From Octopus sinensis (lineage: Eukaryota): a DNA stretch of 64,000 nt. Both the position numbers and the translations under genes were made by a program. The notes beneath the pieces are model-generated. The model made no database searches and had not been told where the DNA came from. It worked only from the letters and a program-made list of their open reading frames with translations. Of this stretch, positions 12,524-24,549 are shown one piece after another. Every line of letters starts with the position of its first letter. The stretch's first letter is position 1. The stretch covers positions 1 to 64,000 of the forward strand of contig NW_021836835.1 of assembly GCF_006345805.1 (NCBI RefSeq). The letters run 5' to 3'.

Positions 12524-12858
12524 GGCATATTTGAACCCGCAAGAAAGCCATTCATTGAATTTTGTCATACAGAAAAGTTCTTAATTTCTTGCAGTATCAC
12601 ATATCATCGCCGCCAACCGGTAATTGATTTACAATCAACCGCCAGTTAGCGCTACCCGTCATTTTACGATGACTGGAATATCACGAGAGTGCGACAATCT
12701 CTCTTATCAGCTCGCAGCGCCTCTGTCGGGTTTTTGTGACTGAAGAGTAGATAACTGCCCCAGAGCGCTTGCATATCACAGACTGGGCAGGTGAAGCTAC
12801 CGCGAGAAATTTTCATGACAAAACAGTGAATGGCTTTTGTTACGGGTTCGAATATGCC
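12524..12858. mobile_element. MITE-like element with ~55-bp imperfect terminal inverted repeats, in the last intron of the knottin gene
   Basis: ggcatatttgaacccgcaagaaagccattcattgaattttgtcat matches the reverse complement of atgacaaaacagtgaatggcttttgttacgggttcgaatatgcc. Confidence 0.6.
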
Positions 12859-13065
12859 CCAAGTATATATAAACTGGTAGTAACCTTGTATTAATTCACC
12901 TCACTGCTTAGTGCTACTAACCTGTAAAAATTGTTATGTTGTTTATCCTTTTCTAGATCCTTAAATCCTTAAAAATGTTTTAGCCCGAAGGCTGCGGCCG
13001 TGCTGGGGCACCACCGCTGTAAAACTTTTTTTAATTCTTTCTTTCTATTTTTGTTTTATTTCCAG

Positions 13066-13219
13066 AGGAAAAAGTAAGTCACACAAGAACAGCTGCTCCA
13101 AATGGCAAATGGCGTGCACGACCAGCTCGAAGAGACCCGACGCTCGTTGCTGTTCAGGCCTTGTCTGTAAATGTAACATCTGGGGCGCGAACTGCCGGTG
13201 TGATGATACTCTTGGATAG
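13066..13219 (+). CDS. Terminal coding exon encoding an 8-cysteine inhibitor-cystine-knot, agatoxin-like peptide: (R)GKSKSHKNSCSKWQMACTTSSKRPDARCCSGLVCKCNIWGANCRCDDTLG*
   Basis: Long polypyrimidine acceptor ttctttctttctatttttgttttatttccag, phase-2 start, TAG at 13217-13219. Cys spacing C-x6-C-x10-CC-x4-C-x-C-x6-C-x-C. The CxCNxWGxNCRC motif matches my recollection of invertebrate ALPs. C-terminal Gly is a possible amide donor. Confidence 0.88.
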
Positions 13220-13646
13220 ATTTTCATTCGTCAACTTGTTGTCACGTGATAAGAAGTCTGCAGCGGCAAACGATGGTACAATATCAGAACAGTTTAGTTT
13301 ACTTGAAAAGACAAGTCTTCTTCAGTAACACACAAACAAACAAAAAGAACATGCATATTAAAATACAATAACAACAATAGTAAAAACTAGTAATACTCTT
13401 TTACTTCTACTAATACAGCAACTACTAATGCTACTACATTTATTAATACGAACACGAATTACCAATTAAAACACTCGTCACCAACAACAACATCAACAAA
13501 CATAAACAAACATCACTTACATGCCGGCAGCATTTTGTGTTATTTTTGATTTCGGATGGAAGTAAAATATCATTTGTTGAAGAAGAGAAAGCAAGTAGAG
13601 GAAGAGGAAGAGGAAGACTGTTAATTGTTTAATTATCCTAATTTAG

Positions 13647-13705
13647 AATAAAGCAAATTTATGGTTGTTATTAATCCTTCAAATTCTATTAGAGTCATAA
13701 ATAAA
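13647..13705 (+). terminator. Candidate polyadenylation signals of the knottin gene
   Basis: AATAAA at 13647-13652 and 13700-13705, about 430-480 nt after the stop and followed by T/GT-rich sequence. AT-rich context makes chance hits likely. Confidence 0.35.
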
Positions 13706-13878
13706 GAATTACATCAATCCATAAAAAAAAAGAATCTTCTGAGTTTTGTTTTTGGTCGTTGGATCGGTATTTTGGCGAGGTGTTTGTTTACACTTTACTT
13801 TGCAGTTTCACACTTTAAGAAGATGTTGCTGTTGTTTTATTCTCAAGACTTGGAGACTGAATAACTATAATACATGTA

Positions 13879-14445
13879 TTGGGTTGTCCGGAAAGTTCAT
13901 GCCGATTTATAGCAGCTTACCTTTCGACTTATTTTAGAACATGGTTGAGTCCATTAAATAGGATTTGACTACACCTCCATTTAGAGCACAGTTTAAGCCA
14001 TCTTTTCGTGGAAGAAGGTTTATGTTTCTATAACCTGTGTTAATTCTGTAACCATTTAAAATGGAAGATAAGAAAGTTCATTTTCGGTACTTGATGCTTT
14101 GGGAACTAGACAAAAATTGCTGCATCTCAGCTGGGATGTGTTACCCCACCTTCCATATTCCCCAGATATTTCTCCTTCGGATTTCCACTTATTCAGGTCT
14201 CTGCAGAATAGTCTTAATGGTAAAAATTTCAATTCCTTGGATGACGTAAAAAGATACCTCGATGAATTCTTTGCCATAAAACCACCTCAAATTCTGGGAA
14301 GAGGGTATTTTCAAGTTAAAGGAAAGATGGAGGTGCATTGTGCAACAAAATGGTTCACATTTGGTTGATTAAAAATGTAATGGCAAGTATTTATTGACCT
14401 TTTTCTTTCCTTTAAAAATCGGCACCAACTTTCCGGACAACCCAA
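13879..14445 (+). mobile_element. Internally deleted mariner element with both TIRs and TA target duplication
   Basis: TIR ttgggttgtccggaaagttcatgccgattt versus aaatcggcaccaactttccggacaacccaa, with TA on both sides. Transposase N-terminus MEDKKVHFRYLMLWE is fused to the C-terminal WDVLPHLPYSPDISPSDFHLFRSLQN. Confidence 0.92.
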
Positions 14446-14611
14446 TAATTCAAAGAATCTGAACACTTATATTCCGTCTACGATATCATTAAGCATCAAG
14501 TTCTTCTATTCTGTTTTAAAGAATGTAAGGTTTTCATTTAGGAAATATCTCTTACAAGCTGATTATTGCCAGGTTGAATTTAAATGTTGTCAGTCGACGT
14601 TCGAATTCTCT

Positions 14612-14842
14612 TTACCCTTCAGCACTTAAACTGGACATATCAGACCAAAATATACGATTGTTTCATGCTCAAACTGGCCAATTCTGGCCTCTCACACCTA
14701 CCCACCCTACGGTGTCATTTTAAACCAAACAATCACATCATGGAAATTTGAAAGCTAAAAGATACTGCATGATTAAGTCAAGACAATGTTAATAAGAAAA
14801 AAGTTTCACATTTGAGAGAAGAATCTGAATGCTAAAGAAATC
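14612..14842. mobile_element. Putative piggyBac-like MITE (degenerate)
   Basis: Ends tttacccttcagcacttaaa and tctgaatgctaaagaaatca approximate TTAA-CCCTTTAGCATT inverted termini. Confidence 0.3.
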
Positions 14843-15032
14843 ATTCTATGGTTTCGAACTACAATGATAACATAAAAAAAACGATATACAACTTTTTAAA
14901 CGCATAAATACATAAAAGCAGGAAAACCTATGAAAACAGACAAATAGTCAGTGCATTCGCTTATTTGGTGAGAGTTTAATCATTCTACCCAATGAATATC
15001 TGCTTTTGCTCCTATATCATTGCCTTATCTGC

Positions 15033-15296
15033 AAGTGGTGAGCTGGCAGAACTATTAGCACGCGAACTGGCAGAAACATTAGCACGACGGGGGCGAAATG
15101 CTTTGCGGTATTTCGTCTGCCGCTACGTTCTGAGTTCAAATTCCGCCGAGGTCGACTTTGCCTTTACTCCTTTCGGGATCGATAAATTAAGTACCAGTTA
15201 CAAACTGGGGTCGATGTAATCGACTTAATTCGTTTTTCTGTCCTTGTTTAGCCCCTTGTGGGTATTGAAGAAATAGGTATTTCGTCTGCCGCTACG

Positions 15297-15300
<4 letters not shown>
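15033..15300 (+). mobile_element. SINE family D. Other copies: ~1-130(+), 4555-4710(+), 11350-11562(-), 15890-16010(-), 19722-20043(-), 38355-38732(-), 45760-45945(-), 47600-47820(+)
   Basis: Recurrent ggcg/gtgagctggcagaa...gagttcaaattccgccgaggtcgactttgcctttcatcc...gataaattaagtaccag. Several copies carry internal tandem duplications. Confidence 0.85.
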
Positions 15301-15347
<47 letters not shown>

Positions 15348-16289
15348 ACGGGCCCTCCTTCAGTTTTCGCTAGCTATCTATATCTACAAGGTATTAGTCA
15401 GCCCGGGGCTATAGTAGAAGATATTCATCCAAGGTGCCGTACCGTGTGACCGAAAGCATGTTACCACCCAGCCATACTACCCCCTACACAAGCTATGCCT
15501 GCATCTGAAACACCAAATATTTTCAGCAAAAGAACAGACGATCTTATCCACGTTCTGTAAATTCAATCTGTAAATGATAAAGTTAAAACAAGCATATTTA
15601 CGGTTGTCGTTAACTAAATTCCGCCTATTGTATGATTGACGAATGAGCTATTCGATTATTGTTTTTATTGAATTTGGGACATTCCATTTAAGCAATTAAT
15701 TTTAGTTCAGTGAAATGCATATTTGAAGTGGGCGCCAGAGTGGTGCCTCTGTAGTATACACCATTTTCATGATGTATAATCACCAATAAATTTCAACAAA
15801 AATGAGAGACTAGGAGTACAACTAAAGATGAAAAGCAAAGTCTATAACCAACGACGAACACCTAAATTCCTTTCTTTATAAAACGATTTCTAATCAGTTC
15901 GATCCCGAAAATATGAAAGGCAAATTCGACCTTGGTGGTACCTGAAATTAGAACGTAAAGACGGATGAAATGCCCGAGGGGGTAACGATTCTGCCAGTTC
16001 GCCCCCTTAACGATTTGTAATTATCGATAGAGAGGCACCAGGTGCATGGCCTAGTGATTAAGGTGTTGCGCTGACGATCACGAGATCGTTATTTCATTTC
16101 CTAGACCGGGTGGTGTGTTGTGTTCTTCAGCAAGACACTTCATCACAGTTTGCTCTGCGATTACTTCGACTCCTGGCTGCACCTGAAACAAAAATAACAA
16201 CAACAAAAGAAAAAAATACGCTCGCCTCCCAGTTACGCCTTTTGTTACTGCACCAACGTAACTCAATGAATCTTGCATGTAGAAAATCA

Positions 16290-16840
16290 GCCAGTGTAAT
16301 GAAATCCTGAAACCTCTGAATCCATTTGTCGAGCTGTTTTTGATTTTTCCGATCACATGCAAATGGTTGCAGGCAGTTTTCTGGCTAACTTGAAGTTTAT
16401 TTTGCCAGTTCTCGAGTTGTTTACGTCGATCTTTCTCAATGATAGTCTTTACTTGACCCTCATCGATGACAGATGGGCGTCCACTTAAGCTCACAAACTT
16501 CAAGGCTCAGATCTCCACTGCGAAATCGTTTAAACCATTTTCGAGTTGTCCAGTTACTGGTCATTTCCTCACCAAACGTTTCGTTGAAATCGCGCGTGGT
16601 TTCAGCTGCTTTACGTCCATTTTTGAAGTTGAATAGCAAAATTGCTCGAACATCGTGCTTTGACAGTTCCATTTCGGATGATTATAAGAACGATGAAAAA
16701 ATATTAATGTTAATTTATTGATGCATTTGGGCAAGTCTATGACTGTATTATCAGACAACTGCAAACGAAATGTTTTTAAAAAATTTCAAAACCCTGCAAA
16801 AATCCAGTACAAATTCTTCATTGTTCAAAGCATTGCTTAC
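16290..16840 (-). mobile_element. Mariner 5' part with transposase HTH region, decayed
   Basis: MELSKHDVRAILLFNFKNGRKAAETTRDFNETFGE...RKWFKRFRSGDLSLE, then frameshifted SGRPSVIDE...LQVSQKTACNHL. Confidence 0.85.
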
Positions 16841-16861
16841 TTTTTACTCAACCTGATACTT

Positions 16862-16982
<121 letters not shown>

Positions 16983-17419
16983 CTAATATGAAATTCTATA
17001 TGAATTTAAACTACTAGAACTCACGGTGGGTATATTCAAGCGATGGGCTAAAGAGTGAGCACTAATAAAAGATCCGAATATTTTTCTAGGCATTAGAACC
17101 TTGAGCACTGTTTGAACAATATATATTAGCGCCAGAGGCAGATTTAATAGTTATCCTCATTTAAATGTGGATGTTGTGTTATGAGAAACTTTACTGCGGT
17201 AGATACTCTGAGAGAAAATCTCATTTCGGCATTTGGTGCCAAATACATTTTTTCTTATATCGCTTAAAGGGAGATAAATCCCTGCGACTTCCAGCGCCGA
17301 AACGTGGTTTCCACCTTTCTTTGTCTCGTCAATGATGGACGCTCGTCCGCTAGAAATAGTAGAGAGATAACCAAGTGTGCATTTTGCACCAGCAGACAAT
17401 ATGAGATTTTTCACTCATG

Positions 17420-17960
17420 TAAAGCAATGTTTTGAACCATGAAGAATTTGCACCGGATTTTTGCAGGGTTTTGAAACTTTTTAAAATTTTTTGTTGTTTT
17501 TTTGTTAGTTTTTGGGTTCTTGTTTTTTTTTTGCAATTGTCTGGTAATACAGACAACGACTTGCCGAAATGCATCAATAAATTAACAGTAAAGTTTGTTC
17601 TAACAGAACATTTATGCTTCTTCTTCTTCCTTGCGCCCTTTTTAAAGCCTAGCCAGGCTCAAAGGTCCGGTTTCCCGGTTTCAATGGCGTATGTGTTCCC
17701 CAGCTGGACGGGACGTCAGTCCATCGCAGCGTTACTCATTTTTGCCAGCTGAGAAGACTGGAGCAACGTGAAATGAAGTGTTTTGCTCAAGAACACAACG
17801 CGTCGCCGGTCCAAGAATCGAAACCACAATCTTACGCTCATGATGCTGACACCCTAACCACTAAGCCACGCGCCTCCACAACATTTATGTTTAAGTGAGA
17901 ATAAATTGTTAGAACAGAAATACCAGTCATCCATATGATTACCAACCTCATACGATTCCA
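17420..17960 (+). mobile_element. Second copy of the same mariner 5' end, in opposite orientation and interrupted by a SINE
   Basis: 17420-17590 is the reverse complement (with indels) of 16705-16840. Confidence 0.6.
17617..17879 (-). mobile_element. tRNA-derived SINE (family A) with 10-bp TSD
   Basis: A-box tggcttagtgg and B-box-like ggtttcgattc head, (GAA)n tail, TSD aacatttatg at 17607-17616 and 17880-17889. Confidence 0.9.
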
Positions 17961-18186
17961 AAGACATTTCGATGTCTCAATATTGCTTTTTACTATGATT
18001 TCATTTTCTCAAAACCTGTGATACACAAGAAAACGGTTTTTAATGCGTGATTTTCTCTTGATCATTTAAATTCATTGTAAAGTAAAAGCGTAATAAACTA
18101 CTTATCTAAGATTACTATACTTAGTTTTTTTACTTTCTATCAACAAATAAATAATATATATATATATATTATATATATATATATAT

Positions 18187-18237
<51 letters not shown>

Positions 18238-18579
18238 ATATATATATATTATAAATGGCTCTGCAACATCTAGAAGCAATTTTTGGACCATAAATTCACT
18301 TTATGAATTATATCTTCAAATACGGGAAAATCAATTAGGTTACTTTTAAGCTGATATTATATGTGTTATTTAAACTTTATATAATATACATTAAAAATGG
18401 ATTTGCTGTTCGTTAATCGGATAAATGTTCACAAAAGGTACAAAAGTTGCAACGTATGAACAAATTATTTTATTAAAAGCATTAAAAGCGAAAATGATGT
18501 GATAAACGGAGATCATTAACGTAATATGCATGTGTGTGTGTGTATGTGTGTGCATGCATGTTGATATATGTGTGTGTAA

Positions 18580-18897
18580 GTGGGGCGTGGCTTAGTGGTT
18601 AGGGCATTCGCTCATGATCGTAAGGTTGTGAGTTCGATTCCCGCGACGCGTGTGTCCTTGAGCAAGACACTTTATTTCACGTTGCTCCAGTCCACTCAGC
18701 TGGCAAAAATGAGTTGTACTTGTATTTCAAAGGGTCAGCCTTGTCACTCTCTGTGTCACGCTGATTATCCCCGAGAACTACGTTAAGGGTACACGTGTCT
18801 GTGGAATGCTCAGCCATTTGCACGTTAATTTCACGAGCAAGCTGTTCCGTTGATCGTATCAGCTGGACCCTCGTCGTCGTAACCGGCGGAGTCTTTA
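18580..18897 (+). mobile_element. tRNA-derived SINE, family A
   Basis: ggcgtggcttagtggttaggg...gtgagttcgattcc head; same body as 2243-2564. Confidence 0.85.
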
Positions 18898-18965
18898 GAT
18901 ATGTGTGTGTATGTGTGTCTGTGTCTGTGTGAGCATATATGCACTTGTTTGGATGTAAAGATGTG

Positions 18966-18997
<32 letters not shown>

Positions 18998-20087
18998 CAT
19001 ATACATACATAGGTGTATGTAGGAATGTATGTATATATATGATATATATGTATGTGTATATAAAATATATTATATATATATATATATTATATATATATAT
19101 AAGCATACACATACACGCACCACATAGATACATATTTATATATATATATATATATACGGACACACACGCACAAATACGTAGTGTATTGTAGCATTCATTA
19201 TTGAATTGGATATTCTTATTTGCTTGACAGTGTCAACTGTCATAGAAACCAAATGTTTAGCGCTACCTTTTCGTGTGAAATCTTGTGATAGAGATACGTG
19301 AATAAATTATACTGACGAAAACAATAGCAAGAGATTCGATGCTGACTCTCAATAAGAATTACGACGTAGTTCATTGATGGTCAAACGGAAATCTGCGGGA
19401 TTTTCTGGATGGCAAAACCAACCAATGATTAGCTCGATTCCTTTTCTTTGTAGCGGTCCTCATAATGATACGCCATATCTCTCGCAGTCCGCCTGCCCTG
19501 GTGATAGTCCATGTCTCTTCCAGCCCACGCCTGCTCTAGGCTGTATCATCTCCCCTAAAGACAAGAGGGAAAGAAATTCTGCACATAACATATCCCCTAT
19601 AACTAATTCTAATAATGCTCTATTACAAAATTCTCAACAAGAACTATGATTAGGATAATAATTACATCCTAACTAATTGAATTTTATTTTCTAAATGGCT
19701 TGTCACTCTGACGTATTCTTTTCTACTTAATTTATCGACCCCGAAAGGATAAAAGGCAAAGTCGACCTCGGCGGAATTTGAACTCAGAACGTAAAGAAAG
19801 GCAAATACCTATTTCTTTATTACCCACAAGGAGCTACACACAGAAGAGACAAACAAGAACTGTGAAACGGATTAAGTCGATTATATCGACCCCAGTGCGT
19901 AACTGGTACTTATTTAATCGACCACGAAAGAATGAAAGGGAAAGTCGACCTCGGCGGAATTTGAACTCAGAACGTAGCGGCAAACGAAATACTGCTGAGC
20001 ATTTCGCCCGGCGTCTCAAACGTTTCTGCCAGTTCGCCGCCTTGTAGCTATATCGTATTTTAACATCGATTTAAACAGATACATTAA

Positions 20088-20125
<38 letters not shown>

Positions 20126-20219
20126 TAATCCAAACAAGAAGAGACTTGCCCAAGGTGTCACACACACACAGACACCGACACAGAGAGACACATACACACA
20201 CGCACTATTATATATATAT

Positions 20220-20267
<48 letters not shown>

Positions 20268-20359
20268 GTGATACCTTGGGCAAGTCTCTTCTATTATAGC
20301 CTAAGGCCGACCAAAGCCTTGTAGGTGGATTGGTAGACGGAAACTGAAAGAAGCCCATC

Positions 20360-20407
<48 letters not shown>

Positions 20408-20473
20408 ATGTCTATAAACATATATATATATATAACAAGCAAAGTAGCTAGTTCTAAAATTTCTAAACCGGAA

Positions 20474-20510
<37 letters not shown>

Positions 20511-20993
20511 AAGTGTATTCGTGCGTATACACATGTAGATTATGCAACAAATGAAAGAGAAGTGCATTCTAGATACTTGGTTGATAGATAAATCATTTGA
20601 CGCAGTTTCTTTAAAGTAAATCTGAATCAAAATATTTTAAGAACACTCACATACACACTCAGATACACACGCACTCACGCACACTAATGCACTCATAAAC
20701 ATTATCAATATCACATACTTCATGCATGTATGTTGTTTAAACATTTAAGCTGTGATATTCCCTTCAGGAAAAAGTCCCGTTAAATTCCTCGAGTGTTAAA
20801 TAAAGCATCGTATCTTGTATTTTTTAACACTCTTTGTCTTCAAAAAGGACTTTGTCTGAAGGAAATACCGGAGCCAAGAAGCGTTTAACCAACTTGTATC
20901 CATGGCGAATGTAACATCTAAACACTGTGAAGCAAAATGTTTATATTCTTTTTGGTCTTTGGTAAGTGTTATTTCCTATTTGCTTCTCTCTAG

Positions 20994-21008
20994 AAATCAA
21001 AGGAAATG
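20994..21008 (+). other. Candidate 15-nt microexon AAATCAAAGGAAATG
   Basis: Acceptor atttcctatttgcttctctctag and consensus donor G|GTAAGT; frame-preserving length. Parent gene unknown. Confidence 0.35.
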
Positions 21009-21302
21009 GTAAGTATTATTACCTTCAAACATTGCTTTTATAACCTAGACATCAATGTTTTGAAACTCACCAATTTTCCATTACATTTCAGACAGATTCT
21101 GCCTGAGTTGCTGAGGCAGAAATATCGTTATAGCAAATATTCTGATCAATACCACAGACTTTCTTGTCAATTGCTTGATCTTAGACACTCAAGCATCTAC
21201 CTTAGTGACTGACAATAGATGCATCACTGATCATGAGCAGGGGGAGTGGGGGGAGCATCACAGCCATCTGTTGAGAAGCATACTTTGGGGTTTGAATAAA
21301 TG

Positions 21303-21620
21303 CACGTGGTGATACCAAAAGGTTCCCGGACAAGTTTTCTAGCACGCCAACAGATGGCAGCACACGGTAGCATAGGCAGTGAGAGCTAGCAATGATCTTC
21401 GTGAAGCAAGGTGCTGAGTGACATCGCTGTATTTGCTTGGCAAGTTGAGACAAAATCCTCATGAAAGGATGGTTTTGAGATCCCTGTTCGTGGAATTGGT
21501 GTATGTTCGGTGCCTGGAGTTTTCTTTGTGTGAGGATAATACATAGCTGGAGAATAGGAATGGGTATCGAGGAATAGTGCCATCCGATGTTGAATGCAGT
21601 TGTACCTAAGTCATTCAATA
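21303..21620. mobile_element. Highly decayed mariner remnants
   Basis: TIR-like gtggtgataccaaaaggttcccggac, an internal gccaacagatggcagcac motif, and minus-strand HSYSPAM resembling HPPYSPDL. Confidence 0.4.
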
Positions 21621-21732
21621 TGTAGAAAGAGAATATTTACGGTGTCTGTTTGTTTGTGTCAATCTATCCGTCTGTCTGTCTGGTTGTCTGTCTACATACA
21701 CACACATATGTGGATTTGTGTGTGTTTGTGTA

Positions 21733-22250
21733 CGGGGTGGTGTACCCAACCGGAATTTTGCAATGTTATTTTATTCACCTAGATTTATATGTCTACACTT
21801 TTATCGCCTTCAAAGAATTCTCCATTTGAAGCAATACTTCGGTCCTGACGCGTTTTCCACTGTTCGAAGCAGTCCTAGAACTCTCGCAAAGTGATGTCTT
21901 TTAACCTATCCGTCGTTTGTTTCTTCACCTCTTCCACATCCGAAAATCCGCAGCACCAGCTGTCATCACCAGTTAGGACCTTCGAAAGAGAGGTCTGGAT
22001 CAACTTCCAACTGTTCTTTCAGTTCGCAACACGCATTCACTCGTGACTGCTTTCGATCTTCCGAGAGCAAACGAGGCACAAATTTTGCGGCAACACTTTT
22101 CATTCGCAACTCTTCAAAGTTCGTTGGCGGGAGCGCCAGAACACTAATCGTATTAACAATTGATCGAGTGTTCACTGAGGTCCACTAAGATCAACTCATG
22201 GATCTTCATGATGTCTTCATTCGTTCCGGAGGTTGGTCTTCAAGCGGCAC
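21733..22250 (-). mobile_element. Internally deleted mariner fragment
   Basis: EELRMKSVAAKFVPRLLSEDRKQSRVNACCELKEQLEVDPD joined to C-terminal DCFEQWKTRQDRSIASNGEFFEGD. The end tacggggtgg...accggaattttgcaat resembles the end at 31325. Confidence 0.8.
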
Positions 22251-22349
22251 GCGGCCATTATTAAAGAATAAAAACCAATCGTAAATTTGTGCTTCACCAT
22301 GTCACGCCAGGTACTTCTGTTCTAATTAGGAACATTATATATCTATATT

Positions 22350-22353
22350 CCTT

Positions 22354-22399
<46 letters not shown>

Positions 22400-22400
22400 A

Positions 22401-22439
<39 letters not shown>

Positions 22440-22685
22440 AATCTATCTATCTATCTATCTATCTATCAATCTATCTATCTATCTATCTATCTATATCTAT
22501 CTATCTATCTATCTATCAATCTATCTATCCAATCTATCTATCTATCTATCTATATATCCATCCATCCTCCATCTATCTATCTATCTATCTATCAATCTAT
22601 TTATCTATCTCTATCTATCTCTATCAATCTATCTATCTATCTATCTATCCATCCATCCATCTATCTATCTATCTATCTATTTATC
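22350..22685 (+). repeat. (TCTA)n / GATA-type tetranucleotide array. Other arrays: ~23725-23820, 33250-33365, 44495-44550, 62645-62750
   Basis: Direct reading. Confidence 0.95.
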
Positions 22686-22691
22686 TGTCTG

Positions 22692-22727
<36 letters not shown>

Positions 22728-22805
22728 ACATATATATACACACGCATATATAATGTGTGGTGTGTGGTGTGTGGTGTGTGTGTGTCTGTGGATATACGTA
22801 TATAT

Positions 22806-22872
<67 letters not shown>

Positions 22873-23727
22873 TTATATGTGGATGAATATGCATATATAT
22901 ATACAATATAATATATACACTCACATGCATACATCAATACACACATACACACATGCATACACACTCTTCACCATGAAACCGCAAATGACGACAAGCATTC
23001 GGGCGTGTCTACGCATGAATATCATTAATTATACGATAGCGGCGTATAATTACGCATGCGCCGGCAACCATGTTAGTGACAAAACATGGTTAATGAACAG
23101 TTCAGTCGTTAGACAAATCAGACAATCCTTGTTTACACTTGAAGAACACAGACGCAGTCAGGTGCGAGGAAGAATTGTTCATTTGGGCAGACATCAACAG
23201 GAGATTCTGTCACAATGGTGCTGTTGAAATTTCACGTTGCATGAATCTTGCATCTTGCTCCTGGTCTTCCTCTTCCACATCTCCTTCCTCCTCATCATCA
23301 TCATAGATATCTTCATAATCATCATCATCATCAACAACAAAACCAACAACAGCAGCATCACTTTCGCCTTTATCCTCATCATCATCATCGTCTTCATCTT
23401 CTTCCTTATCATCATCATCATCATCTTCAACATCATCATTAACACCCACCTCCTTATCCTCGTCAACGTTCTCGTCACAACCACCACCACCTTCCACCGC
23501 CATATCCTCATCATCAGCATTGCCATCGATCTAATTCTCTTCGTCATTCTCTTCGTCGGCTCCGTTCTCGTCGTTTTCTTCATCTTCATCGACTTCATCT
23601 TCATCGACTTCGTCGTCATCATCATGATAAGCGGAAGCAGCCAAGCAATCCGCATCTGCATCGCAATGCTCAAGTATTCTGCCAGATCATAATTTATGAC
23701 CAAGAAATAAAACGGCTAACATCAAAT

Positions 23728-23818
<91 letters not shown>

Positions 23819-23944
23819 TAGAACCTTTTGTCATTGATTTAAAAATCTTAGGGTAGCAAAAATATTTATAGAAAAATTCTTTGTTACCAGTGGTCTAGCG
23901 AGAAGGAAAAATTTAGTCAATAGACTATACATAATTCATAGAAG

Positions 23945-24134
23945 ATACAGTGTACATTCAAACACATAAAAGATAACCAAATAACAGGATATCTGACTCA
24001 CTAGAAAGAGCAGTTAAAACTCCAAGCCACTAATAGTTGTAACTATTAGTGGCTTGGAGTTTTAACTGCTCTTTCTAGTGAGTCAGATATTTTATTTTTT
24101 GGTTATCTCTTATGTGTTTGAATGTACACTGTAT
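23945..24134. repeat. Near-perfect 190-bp palindrome
   Basis: 23989-24038 is the exact reverse complement of 24041-24090 (50 bp, 2-nt centre). Outer arms continue with a few mismatches. Confidence 0.95.
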
Positions 24135-24137
24135 TAT

Positions 24138-24227
<90 letters not shown>

Positions 24228-24228
24228 A

Positions 24229-24288
<60 letters not shown>

Positions 24289-24549
24289 TGGAGATAGCAG
24301 TCCCCATCATCACACCATATATAAGAATTTTAATTCAATACTTACTACTCTTTACTAAAACTCTGCTACACGTGTTTCTTGAGGTTCTTTTACGGTTCCT
24401 TAAGCACGCAGTGTTTTAGAGGAACACATATGTGTGTGTGTGTGTGTGTGTGTATGAATATAAATATATATATATACAAATACATATAAAATAAATATAT
24501 TTGTATTTATAGGCGTAGGAGTGGCTGTGTGGTAAGTAGCTTGCTTCCG

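Noticed and set aside
23210-23703. Acidic Asp/Glu-rich and Met/Lys-rich ORFs
   Set aside because: Translations of a degenerate (CAT/GAT)n tract.
24097-24110. tttggttatct similarity to miR-9
   Set aside because: Only 11 nt match, inside a palindrome arm; the rest of the mature sequence differs.
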